Source: the human T2T-CHM13v2.0 reference genome, Homo sapiens. Taken from it: 64,000 nucleotides of DNA. This document shows positions 43,827 through 59,782 of the stretch, one piece after another (position 1 is the stretch's first letter; every line of letters begins with the position of its first letter). Both the position numbers and the translations under genes were made by a program. Below the pieces are notes generated by a model. That model worked only from the letters and a program-made list of their open reading frames with translations. It was not told the origin of the DNA and made no database searches. Location of the stretch: the NCBI RefSeq assembly GCF_009914755.1, contig NC_060932.1; one strand, 5' to 3'.

Positions 43827-46800
43827 GAAGCTGAGGTTTAATGTCTGAGTGTGTCATCCAAATCAAAGTTCACTGGCTGTTTTTAGAGTTTAAGAAGATG
43901 GATTAAATGTCTAGACCCATGTCAGAAAGGATCCATGTACTGGTACAAATGAATGACGATGGGACATGCTCTCCAGTGGGCAGACTCAGGCTCAGCAGTG
44001 AGACAAATACCCTTAAAATCTTCAGATCTGTGAACAGCACGTGTTTCTATCTTGTTGTCATGGAGCATTGTTCAGTTAAAAACCGAAAGTCAAACGGAAT
44101 AAATAAATGTGCCGCAGGAGATTAGGCACAAAAGGGCAATCGAAAATATACAGTGTGGTCTATTTAAAACAGGTCCCAGTTGGTGATATAGAAGACTTTA
44201 AATAGGGCCTCTTTAAAACAGGTGAACCTAAATTAATCCAGTGTAAGAACTGGAACCTCTCATCTTCCATTACATGGAGAAAGAATAACTGAAATCTGCC
44301 CAGAGTTATCAATCATTCATTCAGTCAGGTATCTTTTGAACACCTCCTAAGTGTACAATATAGTCCCTGCTTTGCTGAGGATGTAAAGAAATTGGAAATG
44401 TGGACATGAAAGAGGAAGAGTTTGCTAAGTGGGAGGGGGAGGGAGCAGGTGCTCCTCATGGCAGGAAGGGAGGGGGCAGAACAGTCCTGGTGTGGAGGCA
44501 GGAACGAGCATGGGGCCCATATTCGGAGGTCTTGGGGAGTTTCTATTGCATTCCGTCTTACCAGATAATTATTCTCTTCCTACCGTTCCTATGTGGGTTA
44601 CTGGAGCTGATAACATTCTCTATGTTTACAGCCACTGATATTTTCTCTATGATGACATATGTTTCAAGTATAGAAAAATGTATATGCAAACACATTTGGG
44701 CATCTATTTAAACAAGGAAACAGTACAGGGGCTGCTAGATTCAAATTCCAGAAGTTGTACAGAACATTTTATTGAGTAGGGAATCACACGCAGTGTACCG
44801 AGTAACAACATTTACCAAATGAAACCAAGGTCTCTTAATGTTCCCAAATCTTTGATTCTCTAATACAATAAATATATTGCTACTCAAACATTCTTTTAGC
44901 CCTGACATCTTTAACTTGCATTGGGAATTCTTTGAAGTTGAGTTTTCCTCAGGACATATTATATCCATAAATTAGATTTTTTTCATAATCCTCTCTGGCC
45001 TTTTCTAGCTCATCAAGGGCACTGAAAGGGATAGAAACGATGACTGTGCAGTCAGATATCTGTTTTCAAATGGAAAATGGCAAGAATACTAAAGAGATCT
45101 ACCCCAGCTTAGAAACACACAGAAATTTCAACAACCAAAAACCACCTCCCTTCAGATGTTACTATCTACATGACAATCAACAATCCAATACACTGCAGGT
45201 TGGTGTCCAAGCCCAGGCCCTTGGAGGCTGCAGCCCTCCCAAGGACCCCATTAGGATAAGGGCCAACAAGGCTGCCCCCAGGGGCTGTGTGGCCTCCACA
45301 CTCTTACACTCTTACATGCATAGTTGAATCTTCATCTCGAATGAACCGCTTAGGCTTAGGCACCCTCTCATATTTCCATTGGTGATGCTGTCACAAGGGA
45401 ATTTCATTTTATACTTTCCAGCCTAAGAGATTTGGTACAAAAAAGATATGCCGCCAAAATAAAAAGATGGGGGAGGAAAAGAACATCTCCCACGTCCCTA
45501 TGACGCCAAGGCTTTGCTCAGAATTTATTTAAGTCTGGGTTTAAATACCATTCTTGGCTTTTTCTTTGGTGTAATATTTGTATTTGCCTGACTCTCCTCT
45601 CCATTGAAGTATCCCTATTTTAGCTGTTTTTATTCACATAATTTCCATCAGGATAGGCATGATATGCAAAGTACTTAACAGGTAGGGAGTGCATGGGCAC
45701 CAACTGAGCAGAACTAATTGCCACCCTGGGCTGGGGCAGAGCCTGAGATACTCCCTTGTTGCACTGGGTGTGATCCCTTGAGTAGCTGGGTCTTGTGGAG
45801 GTGAATGGGGTCTCAGGAGAGGGACCTAGGCACGGGGTTGGAGGAGGGCACTGAGGACTTAAGGCCATAGCTACTTACCAATAGCAGATAATTGGCAACA
45901 TGGAAGTATTTCAATATTTTAACAACCTATATGGACATACTAAGGCACACTAACACCAACCTGCTGAATATCACTCCCATTAAAATCTACCCTTAAATTT
46001 CATTCCTAAATTTGACTTTTAAAATTTCCTTCCCAGGAACCTCACAGGAAGAACTACTTCATTAAAATTCTCAGCTTTACTTCCATAAAATAAAATTGGT
46101 CCTAGGATTGACTTGGAATTTTGGTTTTCACCATTATGATTTTCCTCATTAGACAATTCAGCTTCATGATAATGGATTTGAATCTCATGGTTTCCACTTT
46201 GATCCCTGTTCAGTATTATTCTAAGAAATCCAGGAATCGTACTCTTATTCCTTCTTTCATTTAATGTACAAACACCTTTTTACTTTATCAGTTCTTTGGG
46301 CTTAATCCTGTCTAGTAAGTTTACAGAAACAAGAAAGAAAGAGAAAAAAGCCTGCAGTTTCAGTAACAGTTGCCAGACATTCTCTCCCAATACTTGTGAA
46401 GCAAGGCTCAAGGAGAAAGCTAAAAAACTGAGAACAACAACAAAAATCACCCAAAAGTAGCTACAGTGTAGAAGCTTCTTTTAAAAAAAAATTCACTAAC
46501 TTGAATATTTTCTCTAACTGCAAAAAATGTTGGTTTATTCTGAACCCATTCAAAGATATGAGAAAGTTACCTCTTGTTACATGAATCTGATCCTTGTCAG
46601 GTATATTCTCAAAAGAGGAAATCAGCATTTTATCCAGATATATTTGGAACCAAAGTGGTGTAAACCAAGCTCTGAATACAGAAAGAACAGGAAGAAGTTG
46701 ATGCTGGTCAGTGGGTGGGTGGCACTGGAGAAGGGCAGTAACACTTGACATTAATTATACATTGCCCCATCCGATCCTAGTCAGGGTATTTGCCAAGAAG

Positions 46801-48959
46801 TTCTTACATTCCTGTGGCCAGGGAACAGGGCCACACTAGAGTTTCGTGGAAAACAACAGTGCATTATAAAACATTTAAATCATTCCAACTCCCTACAATG
46901 ACTAAATGATTTGACAAAATTATTTTATCGAATGGAAGCCTACTTTCATGAAAGTAATCACATTTTCATCTTAAGGATTTTTTTCAAAAAGAACTTTCCT
47001 ATATTCATTTTTCTTTAACAACTAACGGCTGCTGTTTTGGTGTTAACTTGCCAAGGTTTTTATATTACTAAGGTAAATGCAGAGACATAATTTGAAAAAG
47101 AATAATAACATTTAAAGGGTGCTCTTACTTTGAGAGTGTATAGTCACAGAAGAGAAGCCAAGAAACCAAGCTCCTCTTCTAACATGAAGAATAAATTCCT
47201 AGTGAATACAGATAATATGAACTATTTCAGATAGGCTTTATTATTAGATTTGCACCAAAAAAGCCATATTTTTCCAGTCTATAGAAATAGCCTTTGAGAA
47301 TACATTTTCCATATAGAAATCAGAAACCCCTAAATACATTCTGAGAGCCATCTTGAATGTCCAAACTTTTTAAAAGGGGAACTTTAAATAGTTGGAAGCA
47401 CTCTGGTTTCTGGAGCTGCATTTTTACCCTTCACCCTGTCAGGAAGGGGGGCCTCCTGTGTGAAGTCGCCTCTCGTTAAGGTGATCCCCTCCGCGAAGAC
47501 CTCAACCAGCAGCCCTACCATGTGCAGAGCTCCCACTGAAATCAAAACCCAACCTCAAGCTCACGCAGCTCCGCCTCCACATATCGTCACATCCCACACA
47601 TGCTGCTGTCATCACACCCACGCTGTTGTCACAACACCCAACGGGCTGTTACTAAGGGCCCTGGTATGCTGCTGAATATATGCATTCAATAGGAATTTTC
47701 AAAACATATTTCAGGAATACTTGTCCTTGGTTCCGCATCATCTGCTCAATGCAGCCACTGTCTCTGGAAGGAGCAACTCCTATCGGGCACGGCTCCTTTG
47801 ACTCTTGGGGCCTCCTGCGTCCCCAGCCCCAGCCGTGAATACACAATGGAGATCAGAGGAATGCTGCAGGAGGAATCTAGGGCAGTGCTTAATTGGATCA
47901 TTCCCCTTCTATTAGACCATTCATATAGGTCAGCACATCTCACTTCACCCTCTCCCTCTACTCAGCAGTGGCTGCCAACCCAAGCTCAGATGCAATTCAA
48001 GTTATGTATCTGTATCTTCTTAAGATTCCCAGGGTCTTAGCCTGAGGTACCTGACAAGTTATGTTTCTGGCAAAACATTCCTTCTAGCCTCTTCGATGCT
48101 ACGGAATAGCTGTGGTCTCTATATTTAATCAAACAAAAACTAGAAGAAAATGGGGGCAGGAGGGCATTGTTGTTGTTTTGACTAAAGTGGTTTGGGCAAG
48201 GTCATCTGTTCCAGGTTAGAAGAGAGACATTATTTGACAGACAGCACAAATTACTGATTCAATACCTGGGGGCTCTTAATTCTTGTTAAACATGTATGGT
48301 GAATTACTACAGGGGACGAGAGAGGTTTTGAACAAGTTTAAACACATTTGACGATATCTAGCTTAAAAACTCCTTGTCACCTTTCCTGGAAATTGATGTG
48401 AGTACCCAACAGAGGTAAAGGATGGCTAAATAATTATTACATTGGCCTTTTGAGGAAAATGCCTAAGTGGCAGGGATGACTTGTTCTCTGCTAAGGCTCT
48501 GAGTACTCTTAGATCCATGGTCTTCTAGACTTGAGCTGTCTTGTGCATTCTCTAGTTGCTTTGGAGGTCTCCATTTTGGTGACAACAGAGGCATTATCAG
48601 TTGCTTCTGGAATGACAGCCATAATTATTTAGTGCCAGACACTATACACAGCTTTATTTTTATATATATTCTTCAAACCAAAGTCACAAGGAGCTCTAAG
48701 ATTGTCCTAACATTATCTTATGGTAGGTTGGTCACATCCTTCAGATTTCTCATACGCTTCTGAGAGCAATTCATTCCAATGGTTTAGCCATTGACACAAG
48801 AACCAGCTTAAGACCGAGAGCCTGAACTGTAGCTCTGAGCTTCTGTTTCTGGGGTGTGCCTGCTCCTCTCCTCTCTCCACACTATTTTCCTTCTTTCAGT
48901 TGAGTTCACCCAACATACATTGGGTAACTGTGTGCCAAGTTCTTTCGAATGTATTGGGT

Positions 48960-49130
48960 AGTGGGTGGTGATACAGGCTGTAGAGTCAGACCAACCTGGC
49001 CTGAAACCTGGCTAGGAGACTTAGGGGAAGTTACTTTACCCCTCTAAGTCTCAGTTTCTTCAATGACTATCCTCAAATGAGACAATGCACACAAAGTATT
49101 TAGCAGAGTGCTTGGCACACAGGAGATGTG
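48960..49130 (+). mobile_element. MIR
   Basis: gagtcagaccaacctgg...aagttactttacccctctaagtctcagtttc...agagtgcttggcaca. Confidence 0.65.
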
Positions 49131-49955
49131 CAGGACATAATATCTCTCACTATTACACAGATATACACGACAGATCAAAAACAGCTCATGAGCTAGTGGG
49201 AAGGAAAACACTACAGGCCATCTGAGTATTTCCTAGTAAGGGCTAGTTTCAAAGGAGTAATAATTATTCCAGCCTTAGTAAGTGGGTAGGTGGAAGATGG
49301 GGCTCAGAGGAGTAATACAGGAAATGATACCTGAGCTATGCTTTATTGGATAAGCAGTGGAAGCCATCCTCTGTGGTTTGAAAGACAATCATAAACCTTG
49401 TAGAGTCATAAGTAACATGGCAAATATGAGGTGACTTTGGAAGCTCCACACCATTTCTTCTATGTATTAAATGCACATGCTAAGGAGAGGATACCACTTG
49501 CATCATGTCATGCTGGTGGCAGCAAAGAGGCCAACAGAGAGCACAAGCACAAGCACGGCAGCAAGTAGGAGGAGGATGGAGACTGTGTAGGAGGGAGAGA
49601 ATGAGGTGGGGAGAAGCAGAAGCCAGGCAGGAACGCAACCGCGGGCTTTCACCAATCTGTGGAATGTAGGGGAACTCAAACTCAGAGCCTGCAGGGATGG
49701 AACTGGACAGTCCCCAAGAACTCTGCACTTGGGACTCTGCCCAGCCGTGTGGCCACACCCAGGGCCCCAGCTGTCTGGTTCTCAGCAGCTCTGCCCAGGC
49801 TCTTCACCTTTGTCAATCCGATCTTCCTGCTTCTTTGTCTGCTTTGATTACCTAAGCCATGCCTGCCACATCACCCCATCCCTCCATCTTTTCTCTTATT
49901 ATCCCCCATATAGAATGACTTTTTGTTCACATCTATCGGTAAAAAAATTTCACCT

Positions 49956-50596
<641 letters not shown>

Positions 50597-52473
50597 TAAA
50601 ACATTATAAACCTAAAAAATATGTAAAAGATTTTCCTTATTCCTGCTGCATCTATGCACTTCAAGCCTTGCCTATATTGTGATATGCCAAAATATGTGTT
50701 AGTCAAATTTAATGTCTTTATGATATCTAGTATTAAAAAAAGACAACTTCTTTGAGTGCCTTTAGAGTATACACAGCAAAGACTATGGGATTCCAGAGGG
50801 TGTAGCCAATGATGGTGAAGAAACCTTCTCTGAACATGTTTTTGCAGAATAATGACTTCTTTGAAGGCAGTCATATGAAGAAGCAATGGGAAAGCCCCTT
50901 CTTCTTCCTTCCAGGATGCCTGCCTGCCGGCCTCTCCACTTGCACTTCCTGAGGCACAGTGGAGAAGCAGAATCTGGTAGACTTGGGTTTGACCCCTGGC
51001 TGTGTGATCATGGACAAATTATTTAGTAGTTATGATGCTTACTAGAAAGTGACAAGATGAACACTGTCCAGTTTTATCTGACTTTGTACCTTCAATGCAG
51101 TATGCTGGTCTTTAGGAATGAAAATGGCCATAGACCTTGTGCATGGCAACATGCATGTGCTGGACTTTTGCTGGTCTATTTTTACTTTCTTTTGACCTGC
51201 CTCGAACTGATGAAATACAAATTAAAAACACTTTTATAACAATGTTGTCCAGAAAAACTGTATTCCCCATATCTACTTCATTTCCTATGTGCCAGTTCTG
51301 GAGAGTAAATATGGTTTCTGTATGAATTTCTGAGTACTTGTTCATAAAGGATACTGCTTCATAAGAAAGACTACAGAAAAATAAATCACTGTAATGATTA
51401 CAGAAGCTGGTGTTACTAATGTTCACAGTTCAGGTTGCTAAGTTTTTCTAAGTGCTCAAGGCCTTAGTCTGATGCTCTTTGCTTTAGGTTTACCGACTGA
51501 TGTGCAATCCAACATTTGGACCCTTACTTTTATGAGAAGCATGTTCAGAAAAAGAAATCAAGGTATATGTACTTCATTTGGGGAGGAGGCTTTCAAACAG
51601 GAAATTTCCTCTGTTCCTTGTTTATCTCATATCTGGAATGAATAAATTTCATTTTTGTAAAATGATTTCTGCTGAGTGGCAACCACGAGGATATTCATGA
51701 ACTGTGGTATGCAGGACGAGATAAGGACAGTACCTTATGTCTCCTGGAACTGACTTTGAGGGATCTTTCATTTTCTCCTTCCACACAGATTTGCTCACCT
51801 TGTGTGTACTGAGAAGGAAGTGGGGTTGGTGGCTACAAAAGACTTCAAAGTGGTGTTAATACATCATAATTCTTCTCACTGAAGGCCAGATTTATTAGGA
51901 AACATCTTTAGTACACCTATTTTTTCCTTTTGGTAAAGAATTTGGATTTCGAGACAACAGTTTACAATGGGCCTGATAATCTAGCAATTTCTAGCTTTTG
52001 AATAAACTTTTCCGGGATATTGCCTGAAGTAAAGGGCCCTGTTTTTTGTTTGTTTTGGATTTGTCTTTTTGCACACAGCTCCTAAGAAACAGGCTGGCAG
52101 ATAGATCAAGCAGAACCCAGTTTTGAGAGGCTACCCAATCTTCTAAGCTCACGTCAAGCTAGCAAATTGGTTCTCAGAAGTCTCCATTTTCCCTCAGAAT
52201 TGTCTCTGAATGAAGGTCCTTGCGGCTGCTTACTGTTCTTTTAGAGGGTGACACCTATTCTCTATTCTCCTTCACTTTGAATATCATTTTTCAAGCTTTC
52301 TGAGAAGCGCTGTTACACTTCTATGAAGAGACTCCAACTGCCAATCTTGAAATATTCTTTGAAACCAGTAACACCAGGTGCTCTGTCCAAGAAGCAAAGG
52401 AGGCAGCTCCATATAATAGACAATGCAACATTTGTTCACAGGCAGCATTGGATTTAAATACGCACACACAGAA

Positions 52474-52523
52474 ATGCACACGTGCATGTGTGCATGCGCA
52501 CATACACACACACACACACACAC
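52474..52523. repeat. Alternating purine-pyrimidine/(CA)n tract
   Basis: atgcacacgtgcatgtgtgcatgcgcacatacacacacacacacacacac. Confidence 0.9.
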
Positions 52524-53630
52524 TGCAGCCTTAATAGCTCAATGTTTCTCTTGAAACACTCCAAGGGTTTCAGGAAATGCAAGGAAACTTTCAAAAACAA
52601 AGTGTAAAAAAAAGGAAACAGAATAATCAAAGGAAAGATTATAAAAGGAATCCAAATTGAATATAGCTTGTAATAACATGCTTAACAGAAAGGAAGTTGG
52701 GAGGTTAGATGAAGTTATATCACCAACCTGCAAATAAAAACGATCTCTTTCAGAGTGATTAAAGATCTACTCTTTGTAAGCAATTTCAGAGGCATGGATT
52801 TGTTTTGTGATATCATATTAAGAAGATACAGCTAAAATGAGGTCATTGCCCAATGGAGGATGCCACCATTTTCTCAGCATAATTTATGTATGAAACCAAA
52901 AAACTTATAAGAATAAACAGCAACATGATTCTCTGTACTCTTGCTGAGAAAATACTTAATTTCGTTTTGAGTTTTTAGACAGTCTTGCTTATCAAAGAGC
53001 AGAAAAATGCAAAGGAGAGAAGTCAGGTGAAAGAGAAATGAGCCCACCCCGGCCCACACTGACAGCTGAGCTGGGCCCCTCAATTTCCCGGCCATGGAGG
53101 CAGTGTGGCCAAATAGCACTGGGGTGTCCTCTTCAGTGCTCAAGAGTCATTTCCATTTCTTTTGGGTGCCTATTTTGTGTTTTCTAGCACACGCAATAAT
53201 ATCGTAGTAAGTATTTAATGGCATTTTTTACCACAGTTCCTTTACAATATCCTAGAATATAGCCCATTGTCCTTAATTTCTATATTTAATAGGAATGTTT
53301 TTGACTAGAAAATATGTTATACTCACTTTCTTTGTTAGTAGAGGTATTAGAATGCCTCACGTATTACTGTATTTCTTAATTATGTCTTCAAACTAATTAT
53401 CTCTTTCTAACTAGGCTTGGGTGGCTGCATATAATTTTTTGTTTGGGATGTTTAACTTCCCTCTTTGCTTTTATAGGAGAGTGTTTTTAACCTCTTTCTG
53501 CTCCTTTTTTGAGTTTGTTGTGACTGATGCTGAACACCAATCATTCTGTGTCTGCATCACTGGCTTGCTTGGTTGGAATCCTTTTAACTGTGTGTGCTCA
53601 CTGGCGTGTGCATATGCATTGCTTGATTAG

Positions 53631-53990
<360 letters not shown>

Positions 53991-54679
53991 TGACTAATTC
54001 ATCGAACACAAGAAATGCATTCTTGCATTTTAGGATAGCACACTTGTAGACCTCACAAATGTAAATGGAAACCCATACATTACATTCCTTTAAGCCAAAA
54101 TACCATGGTTCAATCTTAGAACTGGTTTTCTGGGTTTTAGACTCATGGAGTTACCCATGCATCTTTATTATTTTCAGGTTCTATTCATTTTTAATGTGGC
54201 TAGAAACTGGAGTTCTGTGTCTTTAAAAAAAATAATCCCTGGTGTTTGTAATAAAATGCCTCTAGAGGAGAGGTGAAAGGGCTTGAGCAACGCCTTTCTA
54301 CCCTCTGGCTTATTAGAGAGGATGAAGGTTTCTAGGCAGGATGAAAGAAATAATCCAGGAAGGAAGCCAGGAAGAAAAAGGGGGTGGAGGTAAACTTAAG
54401 CCAGTGTCAAGAGGTTGGCGAATGGAAGAATGTGACACAGAAGAGGGGGAAAGGAGAAGCCACTCTGATAAATCTCACCATCCTTCCTTAAAGGCCTGTT
54501 TCAAAGGCCTCTTGCCATGGAGTTGCCCTGGCCTTTCCCACTCTCTCACTCTCCCACCTCATGTCAGCCTCCACTGGAATCCCAGAACGTTTTATCTACA
54601 TCTCCCTTACAGCCCTCATCAACTTCTACTTTGTGCTGTGGATATTTATGTGACTTCCTGTAAGCCCTCCACTGACTCG

Positions 54680-55130
54680 CCATTTAATAAACCATTATTG
54701 AGCACCTCTCTGGGTGCCGGGCGCTTTGCTAGATGCCAGGGATACACAGACGGTTGTGGCACCGCCTCAGCTCTCAGGAGCCTCCCAGTCTTGGCATGGC
54801 TCTGGTCTACCAGGCCCACCATCCATTGTGCCCACCATGGCCTGTTAGTGCAGTTTCCCCTGCCTGAAATGGCCTTCCTCTCCTTTTCTCCTTTGTCTTT
54901 CAAGGCCTTAGACATAAACTGTTCAGGAAGTTTTTTGGGAAATGTTGAGTTCCTATAGAATATGCACACACCTCTTTCAGCACTTCCCATAAGTTGACAT
55001 CTTCCATTTACAAGTCTATCTCTGCCACTGGACTCAGGGCAGAAGTCTCACTTTTTAATCTTTGATTCTCCAACTTCAAGAGCTATGCCTGTTCTATGGT
55101 AGATAGCCACTAAATATTAGTTGAGTTAAT
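54680..55130. mobile_element. Two L2 3'-end fragments in opposite orientations
   Basis: catttaataaaccattattgagcacc (-) and ctatgcctgttctatggtagatagccactaaatattagttg (+). Confidence 0.5.
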
Positions 55131-55148
55131 AATTGATTAGTTCTTCTC

Positions 55149-55459
<311 letters not shown>

Positions 55460-55625
55460 TTAGTTCTTCTCACACTGTCCCTCTAAGGTGGGGTGGGAAA
55501 GATATCATTTGTCCCCTTTTACAGCTAGGAAAACAAAGGGGCAGAGAGCATCAATAACTTGCCTCCAAATTTAAATGATGGTAGAGCCAGACAAGAAGCC
55601 GTGTCTGCTCTATTCTCCAGGCTAA

Positions 55626-57387
<1,762 letters not shown>

Positions 57388-57859
57388 GTGTGTCTGGATG
57401 GAGACTGAGTAGAAGGACTGAGTAAGGAGACGGGACAGATGTGGTAGGAGGCCTATTCGGCAAAAGAGAGGTCACTGAATCACAACCACTTCTTGTTGTC
57501 TCTAAAGAAGACAGGTTGGGGGTTAATGCTGCTGCGTGGATTCTATCCACGGTCAGTTCGAGAAAGGAAAAGAATATGGGTGAGAAAAACAAGGGTGAAA
57601 AGCAGATTAACAAGTGGCTGCTACTGGATAAGAACTCACAAAAAAATATCCAGACAGAGGGCACCTGGGGAGAATCAGATTAAACCTCGAATTAGAGCGA
57701 GGTTGTTTGACAAACAACACTGTGACCCAGGAAATATGGGAAACCGCTGAGCAGATTTATGAGTGAGTTTCTAATTGATGTGGCTTTTAAATGTGCAGAT
57801 ATATTTTTGTTTTTATATAAGGGTAAACAAAAGGCAGCACAAGCAGTGGGAGGGGCCTG

Positions 57860-58010
57860 ACTGATCCATCTGAAGCGAGAAGCCCTGGATTTAGGTCTCT
57901 CAAAATGTACAGGCTCTGTGACTTGGGCAAGTGACTCAGCTTCTCTGAACCTTAGTTTCTTTTTAAACAGTGGGTAAAGGTGATGCTTTTGCAGGGATGT
58001 GGTGAGGATC
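57860..58010 (+). mobile_element. MIR
   Basis: tgtgacttgggcaagtgactcagcttctctgaaccttagtttc. Confidence 0.65.
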
Positions 58011-58412
58011 AACTCTTCTTTACACTAGTGAATTCGCATTTGTTTTTCAAATGATTACATTCAGGGTTGGATTAGGTTGTTGGCCAGCTTTCTCAGAGGC
58101 TTCTAGGCAGATGTGTCTTCATGTCTCCTTGGGAAGGCTTCAGTCGTGTGGCTATCCCTGACTGCAAGGGAGTCTGGGAAAAAGATCCCCAGTTTTGCTT
58201 TTCCTTTGGTTTGGCTTCTATAAAGGGAAGAATTTAAGGCAGAAGAGAATTAGGAAAAGCTTTAGATTAGTCAACATAGGCTATAATACCCAATACAGGG
58301 TAGCAACAGCACATGTGTATCTGCACAGAAGAAAGGGATTATGAGACTAATAAAGCAAAGTCGTAGGCTGGGGAAGGTGAATCTAATTAAATAGTAAATT
58401 AAAAGTAGTAGA

Positions 58413-58723
<311 letters not shown>

Positions 58724-59047
58724 TAATAGAGATAGTGGCATGAAGAGCCCAGTAAGAAATTACTGAAGCAGTGCCACCACTAGTTTCTAGGAAAAATAAC
58801 ACATAGGCATGTTTCCTGCAAAACTGAGTAGAGATTGAGTTACTTTTTCAGGGTCTCCCTTTTTCATCATCTGACATTACCATTTGCTTTTTATGTCTTC
58901 TCTTTAACCTCCACTCCCCTCCCCAACTCCTAATAGTTTTTAGTTCCTCTAAGTCAGTACTCCCTAATGCTACTTTATAGTGAACTCGATTTTCCAAGGT
59001 TTTTTTCCTCTTTCTTTCCCCCAATAACTCAACTGTCTTATATTTAA

Positions 59048-59385
<338 letters not shown>

Positions 59386-59436
59386 TCATATTATAATTCT
59401 TGATTCCTCCTTCTGTAATTAAAAAAAAAAAAAAAA

Positions 59437-59782
<346 letters not shown>

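Noticed and set aside
47585-47652. Three degenerate ~20-bp units (gtcac...cacgctgtt)
   Set aside because: Short decayed minisatellite with no spacers; not CRISPR-like.
54341-54958. 205-aa plus-strand ORF
   Set aside because: Runs through L2 fragments with no domain or splice support.
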